The translations under genes were made by a program, and so were the position numbers. DNA of 64,000 bases from Candidatus Moraniibacteriota bacterium (GTDB taxonomy: Bacteria > Patescibacteriota > Minisyncoccia > Moranbacterales > GWC2-37-73): positions 105,908 to 169,907 of the forward strand of contig DAOOTD010000002.1 in the NCBI GenBank assembly GCA_035390125.1. The letters run 5' to 3'. This document shows, piece by piece, positions 38,356-47,343 of the stretch (position 1 is the first letter of the stretch; each line of letters opens with the position of its first letter). A model generated the notes under the pieces. It saw only the letters and a program-made list of their open reading frames with translations. It did no database searches and was not told the origin of the DNA.

Positions 38356-39234
38356 TTAATTTTGACACTTTGGACAATAAAAAGCACTTCTTTGGCCCAA
38401 AGTCATTCGCTTGATTATTGTAGCACACTTAATACAATTTTTTCCAGCTCGACGGTAGACTCTTAATGCTTTTTGGAATTTTCCCGGAGCCCCGTCTGTA
38501 TCTCTATAATCACTGTCAGATGTTCCACGCATTTTTATGGCTTTTTTAAGCACAATTAAAGTGGCTTTATATATCTTATTAATTTCATTTTTTGATAAGG
38601 ATGCAATTTTTCTTTGCGGTAAAATTCCGGCTGAATATAAAATTTCACTGCGGTAGATATTGCCTATTCCTGCAATAAGTTCCTGTTCCATAAGCACTAA
38701 ACCAATTGACTTATTTTTCCTTTTATCTAGAATTTCATTAAATTTTTTCAGAGCGAATTCTTTGCTGGTTGCATCTACGCCAAGTTTATTTATTTCTTTA
38801 AGGTTGTTGATTCTATCTGTATCTTCTAAAACAATTTTAGCGAATTTTCGAACATCAGAAAATTCCAAATTAATTTTATTTTTATTTTTTTTAATTTTCC
38901 AAATATGATGAATATAGCTGTTTACCTTATCATTAAAATAATTTTTGTCTTTCGTCTTTTGTCTCTTGTTTCTTTCTTCTGGTTTTACCAGCAGGTGTCC
39001 GGTCATTTTAAGATGAATGTATAAAGTTTTTCTATCTGATAAATCAATAAAAATATTTTTTCCAATTCTTCGCACTCCCAATATTTTTCTATTTTTTATT
39101 TCTTTTTTAAAATTGGCTAACGTCTTATTTCTGATGGCCTTTGGCCAGTCACTCCAAAAATCAGCTATCGTATAGCCGACAATTTTTTTATTCAGATCCG
39201 AAACAATTGTTTGTACTTCGGGTAGTTCTGGCAT
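38356..39234 (-). CDS. mutM: Formamidopyrimidine-DNA glycosylase / endonuclease VIII family
   Basis: 292 aa; N-terminal MPELPEV (catalytic Pro2/Glu3), H2TH region, C-terminal CxxC…CxxC zinc finger (CIKC…CPKCQ). Confidence 0.8.
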   Translation of the reverse strand: MPELPEVQTIVSDLNKKIVGYTIADFWSDWPKAIRNKTLANFKKEIKNRKILGVRRIGKNIFIDLSDRKTLYIHLKMTGHLLVKPEERNKRQKTKDKNYFNDKVNSYIHHIWKIKKNKNKINLEFSDVRKFAKIVLEDTDRINNLKEINKLGVDATSKEFALKKFNEILDKRKNKSIGLVLMEQELIAGIGNIYRSEILYSAGILPQRKIASLSKNEINKIYKATLIVLKKAIKMRGTSDSDYRDTDGAPGKFQKALRVYRRAGKNCIKCATIIKRMTLGQRSAFYCPKCQN

Positions 39235-39352
39235 AAATCAGTTTTTAGTTGGTCGTTTATGGTTTTTAGAGATATACAAAGTATAACACTTATATAAAAA
39301 ATAAAAAAAGTGGGCAGTCATAAGTTCTGACTGCCCACGAGAGGGGTTGAAA

Positions 39353-40057
39353 TTAGAAGGCGATAATCAGACCTAACCGAATTTTATCAGTTATATCTGT
39401 TTCCCTTTCCATTGTGGTCACTGTTGTTGATTCCGCTATTGTTTCTACCGCAACTTTTTTAACATTCCATTCGCGAGAAACTCGAATGTAAATGCTTACA
39501 TCTTTGGTTATTTGGTAGACTGCCCTCGGGCCGAAGAAATACCAATTGTGTTCGTTTCCTTCCCACCAATGATCATAACCGAAATCAATTCCAGCCGAAA
39601 GCTTATCGGTAATAGGATACATAACTCGCACAAAATTATCGATGTATCCATTTTCCTGACTTGTTATGCTGAAGTAATTTCGGGCATCCACTAAAACCTT
39701 GAATTTCCCGAAACTATCTGCATACCAAATTCCTACCTGGAAAAAATCACTGCCTGTATCGTTAGTGGACAATCCTACTAAAGCCGACAACGGTCCTTTG
39801 GAAAACTGGATTGAGGGCTTAATTGTGAACGAGTGACTTTCGCTGATATAACTGGTTTCCAGCAAACCGGAATACTGTTTGTATTTCCAGAAAGCGTTCA
39901 AAGATTGGCCAGTTATATTTTCTCCTTTCTCCGGATAGACAAAGTCACTAATTCTAATATCGATTGATCCGGAAATTTTTTCGGAATTTGCATCCTGGGC
40001 GAGAGCTGAACCTGCCGTCAAAAACATTACACATATCCAAATGAAAAACTTTTTCAT
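39353..40057 (-). CDS. Secreted beta-strand-rich protein, outer-membrane beta-barrel-like
   Basis: 234 aa; strong AGGAGG RBS; signal peptide …SALAQD; alternating hydrophobic/polar dyads throughout; C-terminal …LGLIIAF with terminal Phe. Confidence 0.45.
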   Translation of the reverse strand: MKKFFIWICVMFLTAGSALAQDANSEKISGSIDIRISDFVYPEKGENITGQSLNAFWKYKQYSGLLETSYISESHSFTIKPSIQFSKGPLSALVGLSTNDTGSDFFQVGIWYADSFGKFKVLVDARNYFSITSQENGYIDNFVRVMYPITDKLSAGIDFGYDHWWEGNEHNWYFFGPRAVYQITKDVSIYIRVSREWNVKKVAVETIAESTTVTTMERETDITDKIRLGLIIAF

Positions 40058-40061
40058 ATTT

Positions 40062-40080
40062 TCCTCCTTTACCGGAGGAA
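40062..40080. other. Perfect hairpin CCGGAGG-aaa/ttt-CCTCCGG between two co-directional genes
   Basis: 7-bp GC-rich palindromic stem just 5' of the AGGAGG RBS of the 39353-40057 gene. Confidence 0.4.
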
Positions 40081-40088
40081 ACCTCCGG

Positions 40089-41282
40089 TTATTCAGTAAT
40101 TAAATTTAATACTTTAACTTTGCACTGAATAACCGAAAAAATTGGAACATGATCGATTTGACGGCAGAATTCTTTCAGCCGCAATAAATTTTTCTGAATC
40201 TTATTAATACTACAAGATAAAACAACTTGCAGATTAAAAGTTTCAACAATCAGTGAATTAACATCTTGCTGGCCAACATTTTTTTGACTTTGGTTATCGC
40301 TAGATATACTCATCCGCGCTAAGTGCTGACCTTGATCCGCAATTTGTTCCCAAGCAGTTTCGGGCAAAAAGTTTTTGGCTTTTGCTTTTGTTTCCGCCTG
40401 CACTAAATTCGGAATGAAACTGATCAGTAATGTGGCAATTAATGCCAGAGCCAATCCGTGTCGCGGTGTTAAACCTGCTTCTGCCAGCTGGTTTCTCCAA
40501 GAACGTAGAGATAAAGCATTTTCTCTGAACTCTTTTATTTTTTGAATTTCTTCATTTGATAAATAAGTAAAGAGATTTTGCTTGGTTCTTCTGTACTCGG
40601 CTTCAACCAAATAATGCCGTTCCTTTTTCTTCACCCACTGGATAAAAATATAACCAATTACTGCTGGGTAAGAAATCAGCATCAGCAAAAATCTCAACGG
40701 TCTAGGGAACATGCTTTTTTCTTTGTCCTTATTTTCGCTCGCCCAAATAACGAACAGCATGAAAGCAAATGGCATAAATCTAAAATAAACAAACAAAAAC
40801 CATTTTAAAACTCCGCGCCAGCCAAGAGCCTTCAATTCATCTTGAGCTTTTTCTCTTGGAATTCGAGCAGGATCAATAAATTCCTTGTAATCTTCCCGTG
40901 CTTTTTCCAAGGCGACATAATCTTTTTTAGTTTTTAAACTATCTCGGCTGATCTGATTCAATTCTGATACACCAGAAACTGTCCCAAGACCATCTATGCC
41001 CATCTCTTTACCTTTTCGGGAAAAATCTTTTAGATCGCTAAAATAATCAGTGACTGTATAAACTTCTCCACGAGATTTTTTTTCTTTTGCCTTGGTTACT
41101 TTTTCTTCCATGTATTTATGAAGAATTTGTTGTCTTTTAAAAAGTTCCTCTCTCGGTATATCTGGGACTTTAGCCTCATTCTCTTTATGAAGTTGCCAGC
41201 AAGATTGCGGCAATCCTGTAAAGAAAATGAACAAAAACAGCAAACCCAGCTTCATAAACCACGGTTTACGGATAATACGCAT
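40089..41282 (-). CDS. Hypothetical membrane protein
   Basis: Signal/anchor (MRIIRKPWFMKLGLLFLFIFF), charged middle, two to three TM helices, charged C-terminus. The ATG at 41282 is preferred over the GTG at 41294. Confidence 0.45.
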   Translation of the reverse strand: MRIIRKPWFMKLGLLFLFIFFTGLPQSCWQLHKENEAKVPDIPREELFKRQQILHKYMEEKVTKAKEKKSRGEVYTVTDYFSDLKDFSRKGKEMGIDGLGTVSGVSELNQISRDSLKTKKDYVALEKAREDYKEFIDPARIPREKAQDELKALGWRGVLKWFLFVYFRFMPFAFMLFVIWASENKDKEKSMFPRPLRFLLMLISYPAVIGYIFIQWVKKKERHYLVEAEYRRTKQNLFTYLSNEEIQKIKEFRENALSLRSWRNQLAEAGLTPRHGLALALIATLLISFIPNLVQAETKAKAKNFLPETAWEQIADQGQHLARMSISSDNQSQKNVGQQDVNSLIVETFNLQVVLSCSINKIQKNLLRLKEFCRQIDHVPIFSVIQCKVKVLNLITE

Positions 41283-41410
41283 CTTGCTCACCACCTTTCA
41301 TATTTTATTTTGTTCTTAAAGAACAAGAACAAATAAACATAGCATAAAATACTATGTTTGTCAATATCTAAATGATTTATTGGTAGTTGTAAAAAGTATT
41401 GATTTTAAAG

Positions 41411-44137
41411 TTATATTTCTCCCCAATTATCTCCAATTTTGACATCGGCAACGAGAGGAACTTCGAGCTTGATGATATTTTCCAAAATTTCTTTAACTTT
41501 TTTAGCAACTTCTTCAGCAATAGCTTCTTTAACTTCAAGAATTATTTCATCGTGAATTTGCAGAATTATTTTAACACTATCATTTTTAGAAAATTCATTA
41601 TGAACACCTATCATGGCTATTTTCATTATATCGGCAGCTAATCCCTGGATTGGCATATTGATAGCCATGCGTTCAGCAGCATTGGCAACTTGCATGTTAG
41701 GTGAATTGATTTCCGGAATATTTCGGCGTCGTCCCAGCAATGTTTCCACATAACCATTTTTTCTGGCAAATTCGCGAGTATTTTTCATGTACCTAGCTAC
41801 ATCCCCAAACTTTTCCATATAAGTGTTTATAAATCTTTGCGCTTCTTCCCTTGAAATCCCAGCTGACTGTGAAAAACCATAGGCGCTCATACCATAGATA
41901 ATTCCAAAATTAAGAGCTTTAGCGCCTGAACGCATTTTCTCAGTAACTTGCGAAAGAGTTACTTTATTAATTTCTGCTGCAGTCAGCTTGTGAATATCAT
42001 CTCCGCGATGAAAGGCCTCAATAAGTTTTTTATCATTGCTAACATGAGCTACACAACGAAGATCTATTTGAGAATAATCAGCGCTGATTAATTTATACCC
42101 GTCTCTGGCAACAAAAGCAGTTCTAAGCAACTGACCCAATTCTGTCTTAATCGGAATATTCTGTAAATTTGGTTCGGCTGAAGAAAGTCGGCCGGTAGCA
42201 GTCACTGCCTGATTGAAGGTGGTGTGGATACGAGAATTTTTATCAACAAGTTTAGGTATTGTGTCTAGGTAGGTTGTCTTTAATTTGAAAAGTTCCCGAT
42301 ATTCTTCGATCTTTTTTATAATCTTATGACTGTCTTTTAATTTTTCCAGTTCATCTGCTGCAGTAGAAAAACCGGTCTTACCTTTTTTTATATTAAAAGT
42401 CGGAAGTTTTAATTTAACAAAAAGAACTTCTGCTAGCTGTTGTGGTGAATTAATATTGAATTCTTTACCAGCCAAAGCATAAATTGATTTTTCAAGATTT
42501 TGGAGAGTACCTGATATTTTTTCTGAAATGCCTTTGAAAATAGTAGTATTTATTTCAATGCCTTCGAGTTCCATTTTGTCCAGTATTTTCACCAGTGGCA
42601 TCTCAATATTATAAAAAACATTCTCTAAATTTCCTGGCACATGTTTATTTTTTTTCTGTTCTTCGCTGATGCGAGCCATTTCTTTTTCCATAGAAAGCTT
42701 AAGCTTCAAGGCATAGTCAGCTTTTTTGCATGTTTCCATGGCAGCATTTTCCTTATCTTCTTCACTGGCAACCAGTGACAACTGAATTTTTTGTTTTTTC
42801 CCAAAATCAATTTCTTCTCCCAATTCTGACATCGCAAGCTTTTCCAGTGTTATTTTTTCTCCCGGGTTCAGGACATAGGCGGCAATCATCACGTCCCAAT
42901 AAATATTTTGCAGATTTATATTTGCGCTAGATAATTGTTTGAATATGGATTTCAAATCAAAGCCAATTTTTTTTATGGCAGGATTTTCCAAGATGTTTTT
43001 TATCTCCGGATTTATATTATCAATAGGGAAATAAGCCGAGCGTCCGGTTTTGTAGGAAAGGGCGATGTCATTTAAAATTCCATTATTAATTTCTGTGGCA
43101 ATGGTAATTTCTTTGACATCTTTCAGTTCGGAAATAATCTCGGCGATATTTTTTTCATCAGCAATAAAATATTTGAAATCTTTTACTCCGGTATTTCCAT
43201 TTGCATATTCAGGTTTAATCTGCTTGCCAGAATCAGGAAGTCTCTTAATAAGGCTGTAAAAATTAAGCTCGCTGAAAAGTTTTACTATTTTGTCGCGGTC
43301 AAAATCATGCAGCCTGGATTTTTCCAAATCAAATTTTATTGGCGCATCCAGGGTTATGGTGGCCAATTCTTTGCTTAGAATAGCGTTGGACTTATCTCTT
43401 TCCAGTTTTTCTTTAACTGCACCCTTAATTTCATTGATATTTTTATAAACCCCATTAATGTCTTTGTATTTTTTAAGCAGATCAACAGCCGTTTTTTCGC
43501 CTATGCCTTTGACGCCCGGGATATTGTCTGATGGATCACCCCTAAGTCCCTTGTAATCAATAAGCTGCTCTGGTTTTAAGCCATAACGCTCGAAAACTTT
43601 TTCCTCGTCATATATAACAGCATCGCTTAGGCCGCGTTTCATAGTATATACTTTTGTTTTGTCATCGATAAGCTGCAACGTGTCCATGTCGCCGGTCACG
43701 ATAATTGTTTCAATTTGCTCTTCATTATTTTCAACTTGTTTTGCAACAGTTCCAATAATGTCATCGGCTTCAAATCCAGCTTTTTCATAAATGGGAATAT
43801 TGAATTTTTCCACGACCTCTTTTACTCGTGGGATTTGGGCATAAAGCTCATCATCGGCTTTTACACGGTTAGCTTTATATTTCTCAAATTTTTCATGGCG
43901 GAAAGTCGGTCCTGCCAGGTCAAAAGAAGCAGCCACATAATCCGGCTTGAATTTTTCTATGACACTAAGGAGGGTCGAAGAAAATCCGTAAACAGCATTG
44001 ACTAGTTCGCCTTTTTTGGTGGAAAGAGGTGGCAAAGCGTGATAGGAACGATGAATAATCGCATTCCCATCAATTAAAATAAGTTTTTTCCCGCCTTGGG
44101 ATAATTTTGTCTTTTTTTCCATATATTCATTATACAT
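41411..44137 (-). CDS. polA: DNA polymerase I
   Basis: 908 aa; N-terminal 5'-3' exonuclease (…LILIDGNAIIHRSYHAL…), C-terminal polymerase motifs A (…DYSQIDLR…), B (…RRRNIPEIN… / KALNFGIIYG) and C (…QIHDE…). Confidence 0.9.
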   Translation of the reverse strand: MYNEYMEKKTKLSQGGKKLILIDGNAIIHRSYHALPPLSTKKGELVNAVYGFSSTLLSVIEKFKPDYVAASFDLAGPTFRHEKFEKYKANRVKADDELYAQIPRVKEVVEKFNIPIYEKAGFEADDIIGTVAKQVENNEEQIETIIVTGDMDTLQLIDDKTKVYTMKRGLSDAVIYDEEKVFERYGLKPEQLIDYKGLRGDPSDNIPGVKGIGEKTAVDLLKKYKDINGVYKNINEIKGAVKEKLERDKSNAILSKELATITLDAPIKFDLEKSRLHDFDRDKIVKLFSELNFYSLIKRLPDSGKQIKPEYANGNTGVKDFKYFIADEKNIAEIISELKDVKEITIATEINNGILNDIALSYKTGRSAYFPIDNINPEIKNILENPAIKKIGFDLKSIFKQLSSANINLQNIYWDVMIAAYVLNPGEKITLEKLAMSELGEEIDFGKKQKIQLSLVASEEDKENAAMETCKKADYALKLKLSMEKEMARISEEQKKNKHVPGNLENVFYNIEMPLVKILDKMELEGIEINTTIFKGISEKISGTLQNLEKSIYALAGKEFNINSPQQLAEVLFVKLKLPTFNIKKGKTGFSTAADELEKLKDSHKIIKKIEEYRELFKLKTTYLDTIPKLVDKNSRIHTTFNQAVTATGRLSSAEPNLQNIPIKTELGQLLRTAFVARDGYKLISADYSQIDLRCVAHVSNDKKLIEAFHRGDDIHKLTAAEINKVTLSQVTEKMRSGAKALNFGIIYGMSAYGFSQSAGISREEAQRFINTYMEKFGDVARYMKNTREFARKNGYVETLLGRRRNIPEINSPNMQVANAAERMAINMPIQGLAADIMKIAMIGVHNEFSKNDSVKIILQIHDEIILEVKEAIAEEVAKKVKEILENIIKLEVPLVADVKIGDNWGEI

Positions 44138-44215
44138 TCAAAAGAAGCTTTTTCAAACAAAAAACGGGCTGTGCAAACACTTAACCCGCTTCAAGTTTTA
44201 GATCAATTTATTTTT

Positions 44216-44407
44216 TTATTGTCTGTCCCAATTTTCTATTTTTTCAATCTGTTCCTTGATACTCTTTGATTCTATAATTGTCCCATCAGGACCAATGGTC
44301 CTTATTTTTTCCTTTTTTTCCGCCTCGTTTTTCTCTTTGATATCTAAATCATCAAAATCATTTAAATCTGGTGGAATAGGTTTTAAAAACATGTCTTCTT
44401 TTCCCAT
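44216..44407 (-). CDS. Small acidic hypothetical protein
   Basis: 63 aa ORF, protein-like composition. Separated from the upstream gene by a strong minus-strand terminator, so it would need its own promoter. Confidence 0.25.
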   Translation of the reverse strand: MGKEDMFLKPIPPDLNDFDDLDIKEKNEAEKKEKIRTIGPDGTIIESKSIKEQIEKIENWDRQ

Positions 44408-44446
44408 ATTAGTTTTTTTTGGTTTTTGCCAAAATAGTTAATTATT

Positions 44447-44483
44447 ATAAATAAAAAAGAACGGGGAAAACTCACCCGTTCTT
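44447..44483 (-). terminator. Rho-independent terminator (minus strand) after the 44521-44988 gene
   Basis: AAGAACGGG/CCCGTTCTT 9-bp stem followed on the minus strand by TTTTTATTTAT. Confidence 0.6.
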
Positions 44484-44520
44484 GTCTATGCTACCATTGT
44501 AGCATACTTTTTGAAAAAAA

Positions 44521-44988
44521 TCAAGTTTTTAAAGCATTACGCCTTCTTTTGGCAAGAGAAATTGTCATTTCCTTTTCTCTTTTTGTGGCGTTGCTTTCCA
44601 GAGATTTTTTTTCTGCATAATTAATTTGTTTTAACAAAACTTCTTTTGGGTTTTTATATATCTTGCCCAAAAGCACTAGTGCTTTTTTGTCTGCTTCTAT
44701 GCAACTGGTTTCATGTGATTCACGATCTTTTATTACATGTCCGATCTCATGTGAAAGCATTGCATATACAATTTCAACAGCCGCTTCTTCACAAATCATT
44801 TCTTTAACTTTTATGTTTATAAGAATGAAATGTTTTCCCAACCCTTCGTTAAAAATGGTGTATCCTAAAAAAGGAACATCAGTGACAAAAATAAAATTTA
44901 TCATCCCTTCTTCCATAGGATCAATCAATTTTAAAATCATTTCTTGTATTTTTTCGCTTAAATCAGAATCATTGACTCTTTCAAGCAT
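44521..44988 (-). CDS. ImmA/IrrE-like small metallopeptidase (HEXXH)
   Basis: 155 aa; YAMLSHEIGHVIKDRESHE zinc-binding HExxH plus downstream His/Glu, size typical of the DUF955/ImmA family. Confidence 0.45.
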   Translation of the reverse strand: MLERVNDSDLSEKIQEMILKLIDPMEEGMINFIFVTDVPFLGYTIFNEGLGKHFILINIKVKEMICEEAAVEIVYAMLSHEIGHVIKDRESHETSCIEADKKALVLLGKIYKNPKEVLLKQINYAEKKSLESNATKREKEMTISLAKRRRNALKT

Positions 44989-45082
44989 TGCGCATCACTT
45001 CCTTTCTTGATTTATTTTATTTTTAAAGAAGACCATAAACATTAGCACTATTCATGCTTTTTGTCAATGGGTGTGGCAAACT

Positions 45083-45505
45083 CTATTCATTTAGGGATAT
45101 TTTTCTTTCCTTATCTCTTATCCATTTAAAATTAATCCAAAGAGAATTTTTGGGGATTATTTTTTTTACTCTTTCCGCCCATTCGATAATGACGATAGAG
45201 TTTGGTTTCCCAGCGAAATCTTTCCAGCCTAATTCTAATAAATCCTTAGCTTCAATACGGTAAGCATCAATATGATAAATAATTTTTGATTTAATTTTAT
45301 ATGTTTTTATTATATTAAAAGTTGGGCTGGTAAAAGGGCCTTTAATTTTAAGTCCTTTTAAAATTCCTTGTGTGAAAGTAGTTTTGCCGGAACCTAAGTC
45401 TCCGGAAAGGCAGATTATTTCTCCGCCACGAAGTTCCTTAGCTAATATTTCGCCAATCTTTTTAGTCTGAACTGATGAAGTTGTAACAAATGATGTAATG
45501 GCCAT
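45083..45505 (-). CDS. tsaE: tRNA threonylcarbamoyladenosine biosynthesis protein TsaE
   Basis: 140 aa; P-loop LSGDLGSGKTTFTQG and overall YjeE family layout. Confidence 0.8.
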   Translation of the reverse strand: MAITSFVTTSSVQTKKIGEILAKELRGGEIICLSGDLGSGKTTFTQGILKGLKIKGPFTSPTFNIIKTYKIKSKIIYHIDAYRIEAKDLLELGWKDFAGKPNSIVIIEWAERVKKIIPKNSLWINFKWIRDKERKISLNE

Positions 45506-45595
45506 ATAGCAAAAACATATAACATAAAAGAAAAATAAGCAATAAAAAACGGCAGCTAAGACAAATTTTTGTCAAAGCTGCCGTGGCAGGTTCCT

Positions 45596-45850
45596 TTAAT
45601 ACCTATAGTGTCTATAATAACGTCCCTGATGATGTGTATATGGATAACTATATGAATGATGAAAAAAAACATCATTAACAGCACCAAGGAACAGTAACGC
45701 GGCAACAGCACCAACCACCGAAGGATCAATAGTCAAAACGGCCTGTTGCCTGACGCCGTACGAGTCAGTTACATATCTGTTTTGTACGGCACAGCCGCTA
45801 ATCGCATTGAATAATAAAACTGCCAGCAAAATAGTAAAAAGTTTTTTCAT
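45596..45850 (-). CDS. Small secreted/lipoprotein-like protein with Tyr/His/Arg-rich tail
   Basis: 84 aa; signal peptide with lipobox-like …AISGC; C-terminus HHSYSYPYTHHQGRYYRHYRY. Confidence 0.35.
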   Translation of the reverse strand: MKKLFTILLAVLLFNAISGCAVQNRYVTDSYGVRQQAVLTIDPSVVGAVAALLFLGAVNDVFFHHSYSYPYTHHQGRYYRHYRY

Positions 45851-46020
45851 TGCCCAAACCTCCTTATATTTTAAAAAACTTGTGATTTTCTATTAAACTC
45901 AAAAATTAATATTTTGTCAAGACTAGAAGTTTTTTATTGACATTATCGAATAAGCTTGCTAATTTATATTACCATGCTAATTTAATCAGCAACTATCGTT
46001 TTATATAAAAAGTTCAACAT

Positions 46021-47166
46021 ATGAGTCTTGATAGCGCGCAACAACTTAATAATGTTTTGAATAATGCCAAGAACATCTTAATTTTTATGGGACGTGGTTC
46101 AGAAGGTGACTCGATAGGATCAGCTTGGGCAATATATTTCTTTCTGAAAAAAATGGGAATTCAGTCAACTGTAGTAACTCCTGATATTAAAAATAATTTT
46201 GACCGTTTTTCTTTCTTAACAAAACCAGAAGAAACGATAAGCAGTCTAGCTGGTGCGCGTGATTTTGTACTTTCATTCAATACTGAATTCAATAAAATAA
46301 CTAACGTACGTACTGAGCGCAATAATCAACAATTAAATATTTTTATTACTCCGGAAAAAGGCTCTATTGATCCGCGTGATTTTTCTTTCATTCCTGCAAA
46401 ATTCAAATATGATCTTGTGATCGTGCTAAATAGCCCAGACAAAGAATCTTTAGGAAAAGTTTACGAAGAAAATCCAGACATTTTTTATGAAGTTCCGGTT
46501 ATAAATATAGATTATCATGCCGATAATGATAATTTTGGACAGCTTAATATAGTTGATATAACCGCTTCTTCAACTTCTGAGATAGTGGCTGACCTAATAC
46601 AAAAAATTAACGCGGAAAATTTGGATGAAACTATAGCAGAAAGCCTGTTGACCGGAATCATTGATGCGACAAACAGTTTTCAGAAGAAAAACACTACTCC
46701 GAAATCATTACAGATATCTGCGGCCTTGATGGCTAAAGGCGCAAACCAACAAAAGATAATTCGCTATTTATACAAAACCCAGCCATTGCATCTTTTGAAG
46801 CTCTGGGGAAGAATAATGGCACGTTTATATTGGGAAGATGATATTAGTCTGGCTTGGGCACCTGTATATATAGAAGATTTTGTACAGAGTCGCAGTAATC
46901 CGGATGATATTACATTTATTCTTGATAAAATTAAAGACAATTACTCTGCAGGTAAAATTTTTATGGTTCTTTACAATGAAATGCCTGGAGAAGTTTGCGG
47001 AATTATAAAATGTAACAATGCAGAACAATTAAAAAAGATAGCTGAAACATTAGAAATATCTGCTAACGGTGACACATGTCAATTTAAGCAGGAGGCTGTC
47101 GATACAGTAGAAGCTGGCCAACGCATAGTTGAAAAGATAAGAATGCAAATAGCAGATCAGCAATAA
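46021..47166 (+). CDS. DHH-superfamily phosphoesterase-like protein (degenerate DHH motif)
   Basis: 381 aa; N-terminal layout like NrnA (…ILIFMGRGSEGDSIGSAWA…), but the DHH triad reads DYH (NIDYHADN) and no GGGH motif. Confidence 0.45.
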   Translation: MSLDSAQQLNNVLNNAKNILIFMGRGSEGDSIGSAWAIYFFLKKMGIQSTVVTPDIKNNFDRFSFLTKPEETISSLAGARDFVLSFNTEFNKITNVRTERNNQQLNIFITPEKGSIDPRDFSFIPAKFKYDLVIVLNSPDKESLGKVYEENPDIFYEVPVINIDYHADNDNFGQLNIVDITASSTSEIVADLIQKINAENLDETIAESLLTGIIDATNSFQKKNTTPKSLQISAALMAKGANQQKIIRYLYKTQPLHLLKLWGRIMARLYWEDDISLAWAPVYIEDFVQSRSNPDDITFILDKIKDNYSAGKIFMVLYNEMPGEVCGIIKCNNAEQLKKIAETLEISANGDTCQFKQEAVDTVEAGQRIVEKIRMQIADQQ

Positions 47167-47343
47167 AAATACTTAAAGGACTTTTTCCTGGTTAATGATT
47201 TTTTAATTGATAATAGATGTCTCTTGGATTAATCCTACTTGTGGTAGGTTTTTTATTATGATTATTTTTTGTAATTTTTGTCTATTTATAGTACAATTAC
47301 ACTAAACTTGAACGGAATAGGAATATTTAAACAAAAAATAATT

